Part shown: piece after piece, positions 29,717 to 39,138 of the stretch
Position numbering within the stretch: position 1 is the first letter of the stretch
Layout: each line of letters opens with the position of its first letter
Assembly: GCA_052033095.1 (NCBI GenBank)
Contig: JBPGZF010000002.1
Span: 27,597 to 91,596, forward strand
Reading direction: 5' to 3'
DNA length: 64,000 bases
Source of the DNA: Collinsella sp.
GTDB lineage: Bacteria > Actinomycetota > Coriobacteriia > Coriobacteriales > Coriobacteriaceae
Translations under genes and position numbers: made by a program
Notes under the pieces: model-generated
The model's input: only the letters and a program-made list of their open reading frames with translations
Databases searched by the model: none
Told to the model about the DNA's origin: nothing

Positions 29717-30739
29717 CTACACCGTGAGGAACATCATCACGATGATCATGGCAAAGCCGATAAGGTCGGTCGGCAAAAACACCGTGCCCAGCATAACGGC
29801 GCTGGTGATGGTCGCCGAGACGGGCTCCACGGTTCCGATGAGACTCGCACGCACCGAGCCGATGTCCTTAACGCCCTGCATATAGAGCATGTAAGCAAAA
29901 AACGAGCCGATAACCACGAACACCGCGAGCGCCTCGACGCCGGCAGCGTCGAGTGCCGGCACATGCGCCCAGGGCTGCACGAAGACACATGAGATCACGC
30001 CCGCCGTGAGCATTGCCGAGCCCGTGACGATGGGGCTGCCGTATTCGGGCAGGATCTTGGCGGGAATCACCGCCATACACGCGGCGCTGACCGCACACAT
30101 AAGACCTGCTGCCAGGCCAAGCGGCGAGATATTCAGGCTGGTGGGGTCGCCGCCGGTGGCGATTAAAAAGGTTCCACCCAGAGCCAGGCCAATGCCGATG
30201 ACTTCGCGAGTACGCGGCATGCGGCGATCGATCACGCAGGTGTAGCCCATGATGATAACGAGCTGCAGGCACTGGAGCACCGTCGCGGTTCCGGCGTTCG
30301 TCAGGCGCACGGCCGAAAGATAGCAAAACTGGTTGAACAGCAGGCCAAAAGCGGTAAAGAGCAGCAGCTGCTTGCGATCGGCGGGTGTGGTCCAGAGCTT
30401 GACCAGGCGCTCGCGGTCGCGCGTAACAACCACGGCCATAAAGAGTAGACCGGCGAGAATCTGACGCACGCTCATAAGCCACAAGGTGTCGACGTGGTAG
30501 GAATCGAACAGAAAGCTCGCGCTGGTGCCCGAGAAGCCCCAAAACGAACCGCCCACCAGCGTAGCCAAGACGCCCGTGATCATCTTGCGCGTCGAAGCGC
30601 TGTTCAGGCGCTCGCGCCAGGCGCGGCGGGTGCTACGGCTGAGCTCGTCGGTGCCCTCGGGCACATCAATGTTCGATATATCGGTCATCGGCACCGAAGC
30701 CCCTGCGCCTTCGACCTGCTCGACACACTCTTTGCTCAT
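29717..30739 (-). CDS. EamA/DMT family transporter
   Basis: About 10 TM in two repeats; WGFSG, NAGTATVLQ, EPVSA. Confidence 0.88.
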   Translation of the reverse strand: MSKECVEQVEGAGASVPMTDISNIDVPEGTDELSRSTRRAWRERLNSASTRKMITGVLATLVGGSFWGFSGTSASFLFDSYHVDTLWLMSVRQILAGLLFMAVVVTRDRERLVKLWTTPADRKQLLLFTAFGLLFNQFCYLSAVRLTNAGTATVLQCLQLVIIMGYTCVIDRRMPRTREVIGIGLALGGTFLIATGGDPTSLNISPLGLAAGLMCAVSAACMAVIPAKILPEYGSPIVTGSAMLTAGVISCVFVQPWAHVPALDAAGVEALAVFVVIGSFFAYMLYMQGVKDIGSVRASLIGTVEPVSATITSAVMLGTVFLPTDLIGFAMIIVMMFLTV

Positions 30740-30970
30740 TCCACTCCCCCGAAACGGCCTGGAAACAATTCGGCTTACCTTACCACGGCGAAGGCATCAG
30801 CTGGAGGCTTGTCCGCTTATCGGTAGGACAATTCCGCAGGCGTCTTTCCATAGCTCGATACCGCAATGGCCTTGCATTATGCGACAGCCAAATCGCGGCA
30901 GCAGGCTCTTTTGAAATGGATATGACAAAGCCCCCGAATTCCACAATGTAAGCGATTTTTAAAAATGTTC

Positions 30971-30999
30971 TTGCCACCGAGTTCAGGCTCCGTTATATT
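30971..30999 (+). promoter_or_regulatory. Sigma70-type promoter of tRNA-Val
   Basis: TTGCCA-N17-TATATT. Confidence 0.7.
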
Positions 31000-31028
31000 A
31001 TCCCTTGCGCACTTGCGCACCCTTGATC

Positions 31029-31103
31029 GGGCGTTTAGCTCAGGGGGAGAGCGCTTCCCTGACACGGAAGAGGTCAGAAGTTCAAATCTTCTAACGCCCA
31101 CCA
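31029..31103 (+). tRNA. tRNA-Val(GAC)
   Basis: Acceptor stem GGGCGTT/AACGCCC plus ACCA, D-arm AGCTCAG, anticodon arm CTTCC-CTGACAC-GGAAG, T-loop TTCAAAT. Confidence 0.95.
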
Positions 31104-31111
31104 AATGTTCG

Positions 31112-31147
31112 CAGCTCAGAGGCTATGTCTCTGGGCTGTTTTGTTTT
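31112..31147 (+). terminator. Terminator after tRNA-Val
   Basis: cagctcagag/ctctgggctg stem followed by a T-rich tail. Confidence 0.7.
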
Positions 31148-31396
31148 ATGCCGCCAAATCCGCTGGCAGCTCCAACCGCCCAAACAACCACCCCGCCCAT
31201 GCGCAAAACCGCGTCAGCGACCCAAGCGCCTATCCCGGCTGACCCCGCAGTCAATCAAAACCGCCCCAATAGCCACCGAGGCCGAGACCAACGCGTCTCG
31301 AACCCATCTGAGCCGCAGCTTCTCGGCAAAACGCCACAACGTCCACACCCTGCGGTATCCTTGAGTCACTTGCACCTGCAGCACCAAGGAGCCGCC

Positions 31397-32083
31397 ATGC
31401 GCACCGAGCTCGATGTCCCCTTTTCGCACAAAGAAGAAGCCAAGGCGCTGGGCGCCAAATGGGACCGGACCAAGAAGATCTGGTATGTACCCAGCGGCGT
31501 CAACCCCGAGCCCTTTGCCGAGTGGCTGCCCGGTGTTGACCGATCCGACCCCTCAGCGCCGTATATATATCTAGTACTGGGCAAGCGCGAGTGCTGGAAG
31601 TGCCACAAAGAGACCTCGGTCGCGGCCTTCGGCATTCCCTATCGAGCCGATAACGACGAGAGCATCGTCATCGCGCACGCGCCCAACGAAGCCGGGCACA
31701 TTGCCATCGACACGGCCAACGCCAACGCACTCGCCATCGTGCCCGCTCTAGGCTGCGTGCCGGGCGAGATCCGCGACTATCTTTCTAAGCGCTGCGGCTA
31801 CAAGCCCGTAGGCGCGCGAGCCTCCAAAGCCCCGTCGCTCGGCAACACGTGCACCAGTTGCGACGCGCTGCAAGGCAGCCGCTATCTGTTCGAGGAGCCC
31901 TCGTCCCCGTTTGCCCTCACTGCCATCAACAAGCTGCCGGCACTGGAGTTTGTGCGCGTCGAAGTTGCCGGCGTCTTTGGCGTCCCGGCCACGCGCACCG
32001 ACTTTGACCAGGCGCTCTTTACCTGGGCACGCGACCATCACGCCGAGTTCCACAAGCAGCTCGGTGAGGGGATTTATTTGTAG
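31397..32083 (+). CDS. DUF5710-domain protein with Zn-ribbon motifs
   Basis: AAGGAG RBS; LDVPFSHKEEAKALGAKWD...WY; CWKC and CTSC. Confidence 0.75.
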   Translation: MRTELDVPFSHKEEAKALGAKWDRTKKIWYVPSGVNPEPFAEWLPGVDRSDPSAPYIYLVLGKRECWKCHKETSVAAFGIPYRADNDESIVIAHAPNEAGHIAIDTANANALAIVPALGCVPGEIRDYLSKRCGYKPVGARASKAPSLGNTCTSCDALQGSRYLFEEPSSPFALTAINKLPALEFVRVEVAGVFGVPATRTDFDQALFTWARDHHAEFHKQLGEGIYL

Positions 32084-32120
32084 AGGCGAAAGACACTCAC
32101 AGCCAACTCCTCCGCATCAC

Positions 32121-32381
32121 CTATCCCTCGTCGCCGGCGTCGTACACGATATCGAGGCCACAAACAGGGCATTTCTCCGGATACACCGGCATATGAACGC
32201 CTGTCCGTTTTCTCACTTCGTCGCTGAGTCTGTCGCGCGCATCGATGAACCGAATGTCGAGACACGGTATTTGCGAGCCGCAGCAAGGGCAGGTGACGAC
32301 AAACGACCCGCAATCAACCTCTACGCTCGGAAACAAATTGTTGTCTATAAGGGCACACGGCAGTTTTCCGTACTTCCCCAT
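32121..32381 (-). CDS. Small Zn-ribbon protein
   Basis: 86 aa with CPCC...CPVC; GAGG RBS; downstream of the HNH gene on the same strand. Confidence 0.5.
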   Translation of the reverse strand: MGKYGKLPCALIDNNLFPSVEVDCGSFVVTCPCCGSQIPCLDIRFIDARDRLSDEVRKRTGVHMPVYPEKCPVCGLDIVYDAGDEG

Positions 32382-32527
32382 CGCAATATCGCCTCGCCAG
32401 CTCATACACGCTCCCCTCTCGCTATACAAATCAGGAAGAGCATGCACCGGCGGGTGGGCGCGATATTGCATCGCCACGCGATCCGATCAAACAACACGAT
32501 CGTCAAAGAATGCCAAAGCCAAATACG

Positions 32528-33610
32528 CTAATACGGCAGAAGCCCCGCCTTTTCACGCTTCTTTTCCGAGCGATCGAACTCAATGCGATGGGCCTCAAGA
32601 AACACCGTATTGGGTCGCCACTGACGCTCATTCGGCTGCCTTAGCGTCGCACCCGCAAAGGAAACGTAGTCGGTCTTATCCAGCAGGTACGATCCGCACA
32701 GCCGATATTCGCCGCAAACAGGCTCAAACGAAATCAGGTGAGCATCAAATAGGGAATGAAGATCGCGCCGAAGCAGAATGCCGTTGCTGGCAACCTGCGA
32801 TTTGGGTCCCGAGTAATTCTCGATATGTGCAGCCTCCAGAGCTTCGCTGACGCCGCAGTCCGACACCGCGCAACGGCCATCATAGGCGGCAACGAGCTGT
32901 TTGCGGAACCATTGCTGCCCCAATCGCTCGCGCCTTAACGCATAGCGGACCTTTTCGTCGTCGGTCGTACCCTGTCCGGCAAACTCAATATCGACGGGCA
33001 TGTGCTTCAGATAACTCATGTCGGGTGCAAAACGAGGGTCCGGTCCGCCTTTATGAACAGGACCGTGCAGAACAAACCATCCGTTTTCGGGCTCGAACCG
33101 TTCAACAAACGCAAGGCCGAGCACCTTGTAGCCCACCTCGGTTGCAAATATGACTCCGACTGGAACGCCACATTCCATGCAGTTGAGCATTTTACGGTTG
33201 TAATTCTGGTCTCGAAAACCAACGGTATCCGGCGCTTGAACCGAGTACTTAATGACCCACGTACCATCGTCCAAATAGAGCGGAGGCACATCGGTGTAGA
33301 AGCTCTTTTTAGAGTTATGGACCGAAAGCGCAAAGATCTTATTGGGATCTTGCTTCACCCGATCCTGGCCCGGCCAGAAGATCCCTGAATCCCGCGTTAC
33401 GGGAAAGAAGTCCGAGCCAATTCTCAAACGGTACTGATACTGAGGGCTATCTTCCTTGGTGTGGTGCGGAAGGCTGGTCCAAACGCCGCCGCGCTGTTCC
33501 TCACCCAGAAACCACTCCCATGCCTCAACGTATTCGGAAGGCACGAGACTGCAGGCGCGGTCATAGCTTGGTCCATCCATCAACGGAACAGCAAGGTCAA
33601 TGTCGTTCAT
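32528..33610 (-). CDS. HNH endonuclease with N-terminal putative SRA/PUA-like domain
   Basis: RLGQQWFR...YDGRCAVS...LEAAHI...NGILLRRDLHSLFD (HNH_2 type). Confidence 0.85.
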   Translation of the reverse strand: MNDIDLAVPLMDGPSYDRACSLVPSEYVEAWEWFLGEEQRGGVWTSLPHHTKEDSPQYQYRLRIGSDFFPVTRDSGIFWPGQDRVKQDPNKIFALSVHNSKKSFYTDVPPLYLDDGTWVIKYSVQAPDTVGFRDQNYNRKMLNCMECGVPVGVIFATEVGYKVLGLAFVERFEPENGWFVLHGPVHKGGPDPRFAPDMSYLKHMPVDIEFAGQGTTDDEKVRYALRRERLGQQWFRKQLVAAYDGRCAVSDCGVSEALEAAHIENYSGPKSQVASNGILLRRDLHSLFDAHLISFEPVCGEYRLCGSYLLDKTDYVSFAGATLRQPNERQWRPNTVFLEAHRIEFDRSEKKREKAGLLPY

Positions 33611-33825
33611 CGCCAGCACCTACAACCATACGAACGCGAGTCATGCCCCTCAATAATATGGCCGAGAGTCAATTATTACGAGATCTCATTCCGCGATCGG
33701 CACATCGTTGATGCTCTCGGTTTGCCGCTGGCGCGCTTGTACCCCGCTACCCCACTTCCCTGTATACTGATGTAGCACGTGTTTCATCCGGGCTTGTTGG
33801 GCCGGGTCGTTCATGGGAGGGTCTT

Positions 33826-34317
33826 ATGGCTGCCTCGAATCCGCCTAAGGGGAGCGTTTCTTCTTCGTCCATCAAGCCGGTTACGCGCAAGGCCGTGCGT
33901 TGCCAGCGCGAGGTCGCTTGGCTTGTCACGCAGGCGGCGGGCAGGCTTGTGGCGACCACTCAGGACGTCAATGCGCCTACGCCGAGCTTTGTGTTAGCGG
34001 CGGCGCTGGATTTTGTGCGCCAACTGGAGCTTGCCGCGCAGGATGCCAACGGCCACCTCGACTACCAGAACGTTATGGCGCCCGACCTGCAAACGTTCTG
34101 TCACATGGCCAAGTTGCCTGCCGCGCCCAATGCGCTTTCGGACGCAGGCTACATGTTTACGCTCTCGGGCGCGGACCTTATCCGCGACATCTATGCATAC
34201 TGCAGCGAGCTCGCCGAGCGCCACGTCTTTGACGCGGCAGAAGTCAAACCGGGAAATGTCATCAAGCTGGTTCTTAGGCTGTTCTTGATAGACGGGTTCG
34301 GGGCCATGCCGGCGTAA
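33826..34317 (+). CDS. Hypothetical protein
   Basis: GGGAGG RBS; 163-aa ORF with coding-like codon usage. Confidence 0.65.
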   Translation: MAASNPPKGSVSSSSIKPVTRKAVRCQREVAWLVTQAAGRLVATTQDVNAPTPSFVLAAALDFVRQLELAAQDANGHLDYQNVMAPDLQTFCHMAKLPAAPNALSDAGYMFTLSGADLIRDIYAYCSELAERHVFDAAEVKPGNVIKLVLRLFLIDGFGAMPA

Positions 34318-34417
34318 ACCGAGTCTTTAGCATCACCGTCGACTGGGCAACAACCGCTTTACCTTAATGGACGCCAATCGAGGGTCGATTATTGGGTCGC
34401 CTCGTCCACTAACGCAT

Positions 34418-35890
34418 CTATCCCACGCGCTCCGACAGTCGATACTTGCGATTGCGGCTCGTCGCCGGCGCCGTGGGCTCAAGCTCGCCTTGAGCAATGA
34501 GCGCGTTGACGCGCGACCTAACCTGGGAAATTGTGAGCCCTGTGCGCTCTGCCAGCTCGCGCGTCCCCAGCTCGCCGTAGTGTTTGAGTGCCGTCACAAT
34601 TAAGCCCCCGCCATGATCGACCGGCTCGATCTTTGAACGGTAAAGTACGACCTTGAACCGATCGAATCCCGGGCAGAACAGGGGCTCGGCCAGACCATGC
34701 GCGCGCATGGCATCGATCATCATCGGGATGCCCGAGCCATTGCCCTCAGCCGGCGAACCTGCGCCATCCGGCAGCGGGACAATCGACATGAGCTTCACAA
34801 GCGTCGCATTGCGACATCGGGAGCTGCCGTCAAACAGGTTCTCGCGAGTCTTTCCTCCGTATAGGCCGCCGGGGTTCGTCACCTCGATACGGTCATCAAA
34901 AACGTCGACAGCAATCGATTGTCCACAGAACCGATCTCCGTATTCTCGGTGGATTGCGGCGTTGGCGATTGCCTCGCGCAGGACCTCCTCGGGAATCTCC
35001 AGCGAGTCGACACGCGAGACGCCTTGGATCGTCGAGGTTCGCCGCAAATTCTTGACGACTGCCGCGACGGCATCCGAGACCATTTCGCCCAACGTCCCCT
35101 CGCAGATCGTACGGTCCATGAACCTCAACGACCCCGCCGCGCCCTTCTGCGTTCCGGCATAGACCGCCACATCGATAAAGAGCTTGGGATAGAACTGCTG
35201 AGGATAGGCACCCGCAGCCAGGAGCCCGGCCTTAGTGACATTGCCCTGGGAGTCGAGGAAATTCAGGCGCTCCAGCTTCGTTTTCTTGTCCGGCGCGCCG
35301 CGCATCGCACGGGGTGTCAGTGAGAAAGCACGCTCTATCGTGCGGTCGACCAGGGCCTCGTCAAGATCGCCTGCGACCGCACCGGGCACTGCATCGCGAT
35401 CACTGGGGCTCGTCCGTTCATACGATGACAAGGACAGGACCTCGGTCGACGAGAGCGGAACATCTTTGTCATCGATGCGTTTGTAACTGCCGCCTTGAGC
35501 GCCCCGCTCTATGACATAACAAGGCTTGCTCGACGGGTCGAGCTCCTCAATCGTGATGACCAGAACCACGGTGCCCTGGAGCTCCACGCGTTCAATGGTG
35601 TATTTGGGCGGATTGGCCAGTTTTCCGCGACCGCCGGCATCACCCATGCCCGCTACGAATTGGTTGAGCACCTTCTCGGTCTCAAAGTTCTCAACCGGGA
35701 CAAAGCCCGCGCGCTCGCTCACGCCGAGCACGATAATTCCGCCAGCAGTATTCGCGAATGCGCTAACTGTTTCCCATACGTCGCGGGAAAGCGTCGTGGC
35801 GCTCTCCTTGACCTCGACGTTAAGATCGTCCGAGCCCATGCGCCTTAAAGACTCGAGCAGACCGGTCAGCTCGTTTTCGTTCATCTGCAT
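34418..35890 (-). CDS. AlbA_2 (Schlafen-like) + RecG-C/HATPase_c_4 + wHTH protein
   Basis: VEVKES, TVSAFANTAGGIIVLGV, REAIANAAIHREY, NPGG, EGNGSGI, C-terminal HTH. Confidence 0.88.
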   Translation of the reverse strand: MQMNENELTGLLESLRRMGSDDLNVEVKESATTLSRDVWETVSAFANTAGGIIVLGVSERAGFVPVENFETEKVLNQFVAGMGDAGGRGKLANPPKYTIERVELQGTVVLVITIEELDPSSKPCYVIERGAQGGSYKRIDDKDVPLSSTEVLSLSSYERTSPSDRDAVPGAVAGDLDEALVDRTIERAFSLTPRAMRGAPDKKTKLERLNFLDSQGNVTKAGLLAAGAYPQQFYPKLFIDVAVYAGTQKGAAGSLRFMDRTICEGTLGEMVSDAVAAVVKNLRRTSTIQGVSRVDSLEIPEEVLREAIANAAIHREYGDRFCGQSIAVDVFDDRIEVTNPGGLYGGKTRENLFDGSSRCRNATLVKLMSIVPLPDGAGSPAEGNGSGIPMMIDAMRAHGLAEPLFCPGFDRFKVVLYRSKIEPVDHGGGLIVTALKHYGELGTRELAERTGLTISQVRSRVNALIAQGELEPTAPATSRNRKYRLSERVG

Positions 35891-35940
35891 GTCCTTTCGC
35901 TCGGCCCGGCGGAGAATGCCACGAATAGATTTCCTTCGTC

Positions 35941-36181
35941 TCTCAGTTATCTCTCGTAATTATCTCTCATCTTACTGCTATCTCTCATATTAGAGATAAT
36001 TGAGAGATGAAAGATAAGATGTCTGCCATCTGTTTCATGTAAACATGTTTTTGCTGATAGAACAATCAGTATTGAGACAATACCATGATTGCTTGTCTCT
36101 TTGCTGCTCAGTTATCTCTCATATTTATCTCTCGTCTTTCGGTTATCTCTCATATTAGTGACGAATGAGAGACGAGAGATG
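35941..36181. repeat. Duplicated TATCTCTC direct/inverted repeat arrays
   Basis: TATCTCTC at 35948/35961/35979 and 36113/36126/36144, each block followed by inverted GAGAGA(T/C) copies. Confidence 0.8.
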
Positions 36182-36233
36182 CGTGAGTGGTGCATGGGCG
36201 TGGATTATTGGACGGTCGGAAAATCCCTCAAAT

Positions 36234-36270
36234 AAAAAACGGGGCCGGCCTTACGCCGAGCCCCGTTTTC
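36234..36270 (-). terminator. Terminator of PTS remnant
   Basis: aaaacggggc/gccccgtttt stem. Confidence 0.7.
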
Positions 36271-36314
36271 AAACGGTCAGTTAGTTATCCAACGCGCGAG
36301 CATAGCAGTCAACA

Positions 36315-37009
36315 TTACGCCGCTGCGAACACTCCCAAGCCCGTTCCGATAATGCAGATCGCAAAGATGCCCAAGATGATCCAAATGGTCTTGACGCCCT
36401 TTTTGTAGAGGGCGACGCAGGCAAAGGTTGCCAGCAAGGGCAGCAGACCGGGGAAGATCGAATCGAACAGATCCTGCAGGACAATCTCCGAACCACCCAC
36501 GTCAAAGGTCAAAGCAGTGGACAGTGAGACCTGCGCCGCAATCATGGCGCCGATAACGGTCATTCCGAGGACACCGGCAGCATGCGTCATGCGAGACATA
36601 AGGTTGTTCTCTTCGGACTGCTGCAGGAACTTGGTTCCCAGGTCGTATCCCAGATGGGCTGCGACAATACGCGTTGCAAAGTTAATCACGGAGTAGAGAA
36701 GGAAGACGGAGACGGGAAGGGCGAGCGCGACGGCAGTTGCCGTGCCCGTACCCGTAATGACGGCAAACGCGCAGCCAAGCACGCCGGAGGCATAGACCTC
36801 GGGAGGAACCGCCGCGCCAACCATGATGGCGCCCATGAACATAGACTCCAAAGCAGCGCCGACGATAACTCCCTGCTGGACATCGCCAAGGATCAAGCCG
36901 ACAAACAGGCTCGTAAACAGCGGACGACCAAGCATCGTAATGCCAAATGCTTGCTCGTCCATAGACGCCAAAATGCGACCAGCGCAACTAGGAGGTACTG
37001 GGCAACTAT
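36315..37009 (-). pseudogene. Mannose-family PTS IIC'-'IID deletion chimera
   Basis: IIC N-terminus (RPL...GAAVPP) joined in frame near 36700 to a IID C-terminus (GYDLG...PGLLPL). The 5' end has ATA in place of ATG and a frameshift near 36971. Confidence 0.75.
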
Positions 37010-37030
37010 TCTGATTAACCCCAGAAACAA

Positions 37031-37069
37031 GCCTGCAGGCGAGACGTTCAGAACAGCTCGCCTGCAGGC
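37031..37069 (-). terminator. Hairpin after frlB copy 1
   Basis: gcctgcaggcgag/ctcgcctgcaggc 13-bp stem. Confidence 0.65.
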
Positions 37070-37090
37070 AACAGCAGCAATTTGAAAGGA

Positions 37091-38125
37091 TTAGTAGTTC
37101 ATCTGGTGGTAGTAGCGACGCGTGGTGAGCGGGTGGTTGCGGACGTGCTCGAGATGGCAGCTCAGGCGCTCGGTGATGGTGTAGGTGACCATCGGGGAGA
37201 CGATCTTGCGGAACTCGGGGTCGCTGAACGGCAGCTCGACCTCGGCGGTGTCGAACTTGTTCACGCGGACATGGACGCCCTTCTCGTCGGCGAGCATGTG
37301 AGTGAAGTTGTCCACGCGGTCCATGAGCTTACGGGTGTCGTCCTCGCCGTAGAGCATGATGAGGCTCGTGCCCTCCTCGCACAGCTCGATGGTGCCGTGG
37401 AAGAACTCGGCGGCGTGGATGGACTTGGTCTTGATCCACTGCATCTCCTCGAGGATGCACATGGCGTAGTCGTAGGCCTCGCCCCAGAGCATGCCGGAGC
37501 CGATCACCATGTGGTAGTCGGTGTCCTTGAAGTCCTCGGCCATGGCGGCGCAGCGCTCGTCCTGGGCGTCCTTGGCCTTGATGAGGTACGGGGCGATGTT
37601 GCCGAACTCCTCCATGAAGGTGTCGTACTTGGGGAAGGCGCCGGCGTTCTTGAGGAAGCGGGCGACCAGCGTGATCTGGTAGGTGTAGATGGCCTCGCAC
37701 AGGACGTCGTCCTCGGCGAAGCTGAAGAACTTGTAGTCGGCGTACTCGGTGGCCGGGGTGTTGTCGTTGGAGACATACATCAGCGTGCGGGCGCCCTGCT
37801 CCTGGCAGAACTTGGCGGCCTCGATGATCTCGGGGGTGGTGCCGGTACGGGTGGAGAAGACGCAGACCGAGTCCTTGTTGAAGGCCTTGGGCGGGCACGC
37901 GAGGAACTCAGCGGCGATCTCGCAGTGGACGTCGACGTCGGCCGTGGTGGTCTCGACCCAATACTTCATCGGGAGCGTGTGGGCCCAGGTGCCGCCGCAG
38001 CCGATGAAGAAGATGTTGGAATAACCCTGCTCGCAGACCTCGTCCACGGCAGCCTCAATCTGAGGACGGAGAGCGAGGGCATCGCTCACAACCTTCTCGT
38101 AACGAGGCTCATCGAAATTGAACAT
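37091..38125 (-). CDS. frlB: SIS-domain fructosamine-6-P deglycase (FrlB/GfrF-like), copy 1
   Basis: GCGGT, TGTTPE, YAMCILEEMQW, EFFHG, RRYY; appears identical to 44796-45830. Confidence 0.88.
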   Translation of the reverse strand: MFNFDEPRYEKVVSDALALRPQIEAAVDEVCEQGYSNIFFIGCGGTWAHTLPMKYWVETTTADVDVHCEIAAEFLACPPKAFNKDSVCVFSTRTGTTPEIIEAAKFCQEQGARTLMYVSNDNTPATEYADYKFFSFAEDDVLCEAIYTYQITLVARFLKNAGAFPKYDTFMEEFGNIAPYLIKAKDAQDERCAAMAEDFKDTDYHMVIGSGMLWGEAYDYAMCILEEMQWIKTKSIHAAEFFHGTIELCEEGTSLIMLYGEDDTRKLMDRVDNFTHMLADEKGVHVRVNKFDTAEVELPFSDPEFRKIVSPMVTYTITERLSCHLEHVRNHPLTTRRYYHQMNY

Positions 38126-38223
38126 ATCTAATATCCCTTCGTTTAATAGAGTGAAATTCGTTTCAATTGACAACTTGTCATTTCACTACGTATTAATACT
38201 TAATGACCTAAAAAAATACCTTT

Positions 38224-39123
38224 CTAGGAAATGGAAGCTTGGCCGTCTTTCATCTCGGCGAGTTTATGCTCGAATCCAAAGCCGCCGGGTTTAAGGCAAT
38301 TCTTAGCTGAATAGTCAGCAGCGAATTCCATTGCATCCCGAATGATCTCCGCATCGAGCGGTTGCTTTTTACTCCAGCCATGCGAAAGACAGCTCACAAC
38401 AAACGCAGCGATATACGAATCTCCCGCGCCCATGGTGTCAAGCGCATCTACGGGTCTTATATTTCCCCGGTACCATCGGGAACCGTCAAAGAACACAGGC
38501 CCTGCAGATCCCCGTGTAGCAATCGTGTAGCGACAACCATGCTCTATGGCCCTCTTCAATAGAACTTGAATCTGTTGATCGCTCTCGCCGGAACAGGAAA
38601 ACAGACCAAGGGTTGTAGCAGGGCAAACAAGATCGAAATATGCGTCGGTTCGATACTTATCTTTAACGGAAAAGTCGTAAACCACCACAGCGGGAAGATC
38701 TTGAACTAGGTGCACATCATCCTGCAGCTTTGCATTGACGCTGGTAAAAACCGCATCGAATCCCTGAAGAAACTTGACATCAGAATCGTTGATATGGGTT
38801 TTGTGCGCCCAGCAAGCCCCCGTATCGTAACCAACTTCGACACGTTCACCGTTGTAAACATTTACATCGCAAGTCTTGGTTGTTGCTTTTTCAGGCATGC
38901 ATGATTGCGAAAGGTCAACGTTCAGCGAAGAAAGGGCATCGGTGATTATTCGCCCTCCCAGGTCGTTGCCGATCTCCCCAATATACGCAGCCTGTGCGCC
39001 AAGCATGCTTGCATGGGCAGCGACGTTTACGGCATTGCCACCAGGATACATAACGCCTTTGTTGAGATAGCGATCAATAACGTTGTCACCAATTGCTGCG
39101 ATTTTCACCTCAACGCCTCCCAT
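38224..39123 (-). CDS. frlD: PfkB-family fructoselysine kinase-like
   Basis: IGDNVIDRY...YPGGNAVNVA, DTMGAGDSY. Confidence 0.8.
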   Translation of the reverse strand: MGGVEVKIAAIGDNVIDRYLNKGVMYPGGNAVNVAAHASMLGAQAAYIGEIGNDLGGRIITDALSSLNVDLSQSCMPEKATTKTCDVNVYNGERVEVGYDTGACWAHKTHINDSDVKFLQGFDAVFTSVNAKLQDDVHLVQDLPAVVVYDFSVKDKYRTDAYFDLVCPATTLGLFSCSGESDQQIQVLLKRAIEHGCRYTIATRGSAGPVFFDGSRWYRGNIRPVDALDTMGAGDSYIAAFVVSCLSHGWSKKQPLDAEIIRDAMEFAADYSAKNCLKPGGFGFEHKLAEMKDGQASIS

Positions 39124-39138
39124 CACGTACGGTCTTTA

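Noticed and set aside
30965..31396. N-terminal extension of the DUF5710 ORF
   Set aside because: It runs through the tRNA gene and its terminator; the start with an RBS is at 31397.
35941..36181. CRISPR array or plasmid origin
   Set aside because: Units are only 8-9 bp with 5-10 bp gaps; no cas or rep gene nearby.
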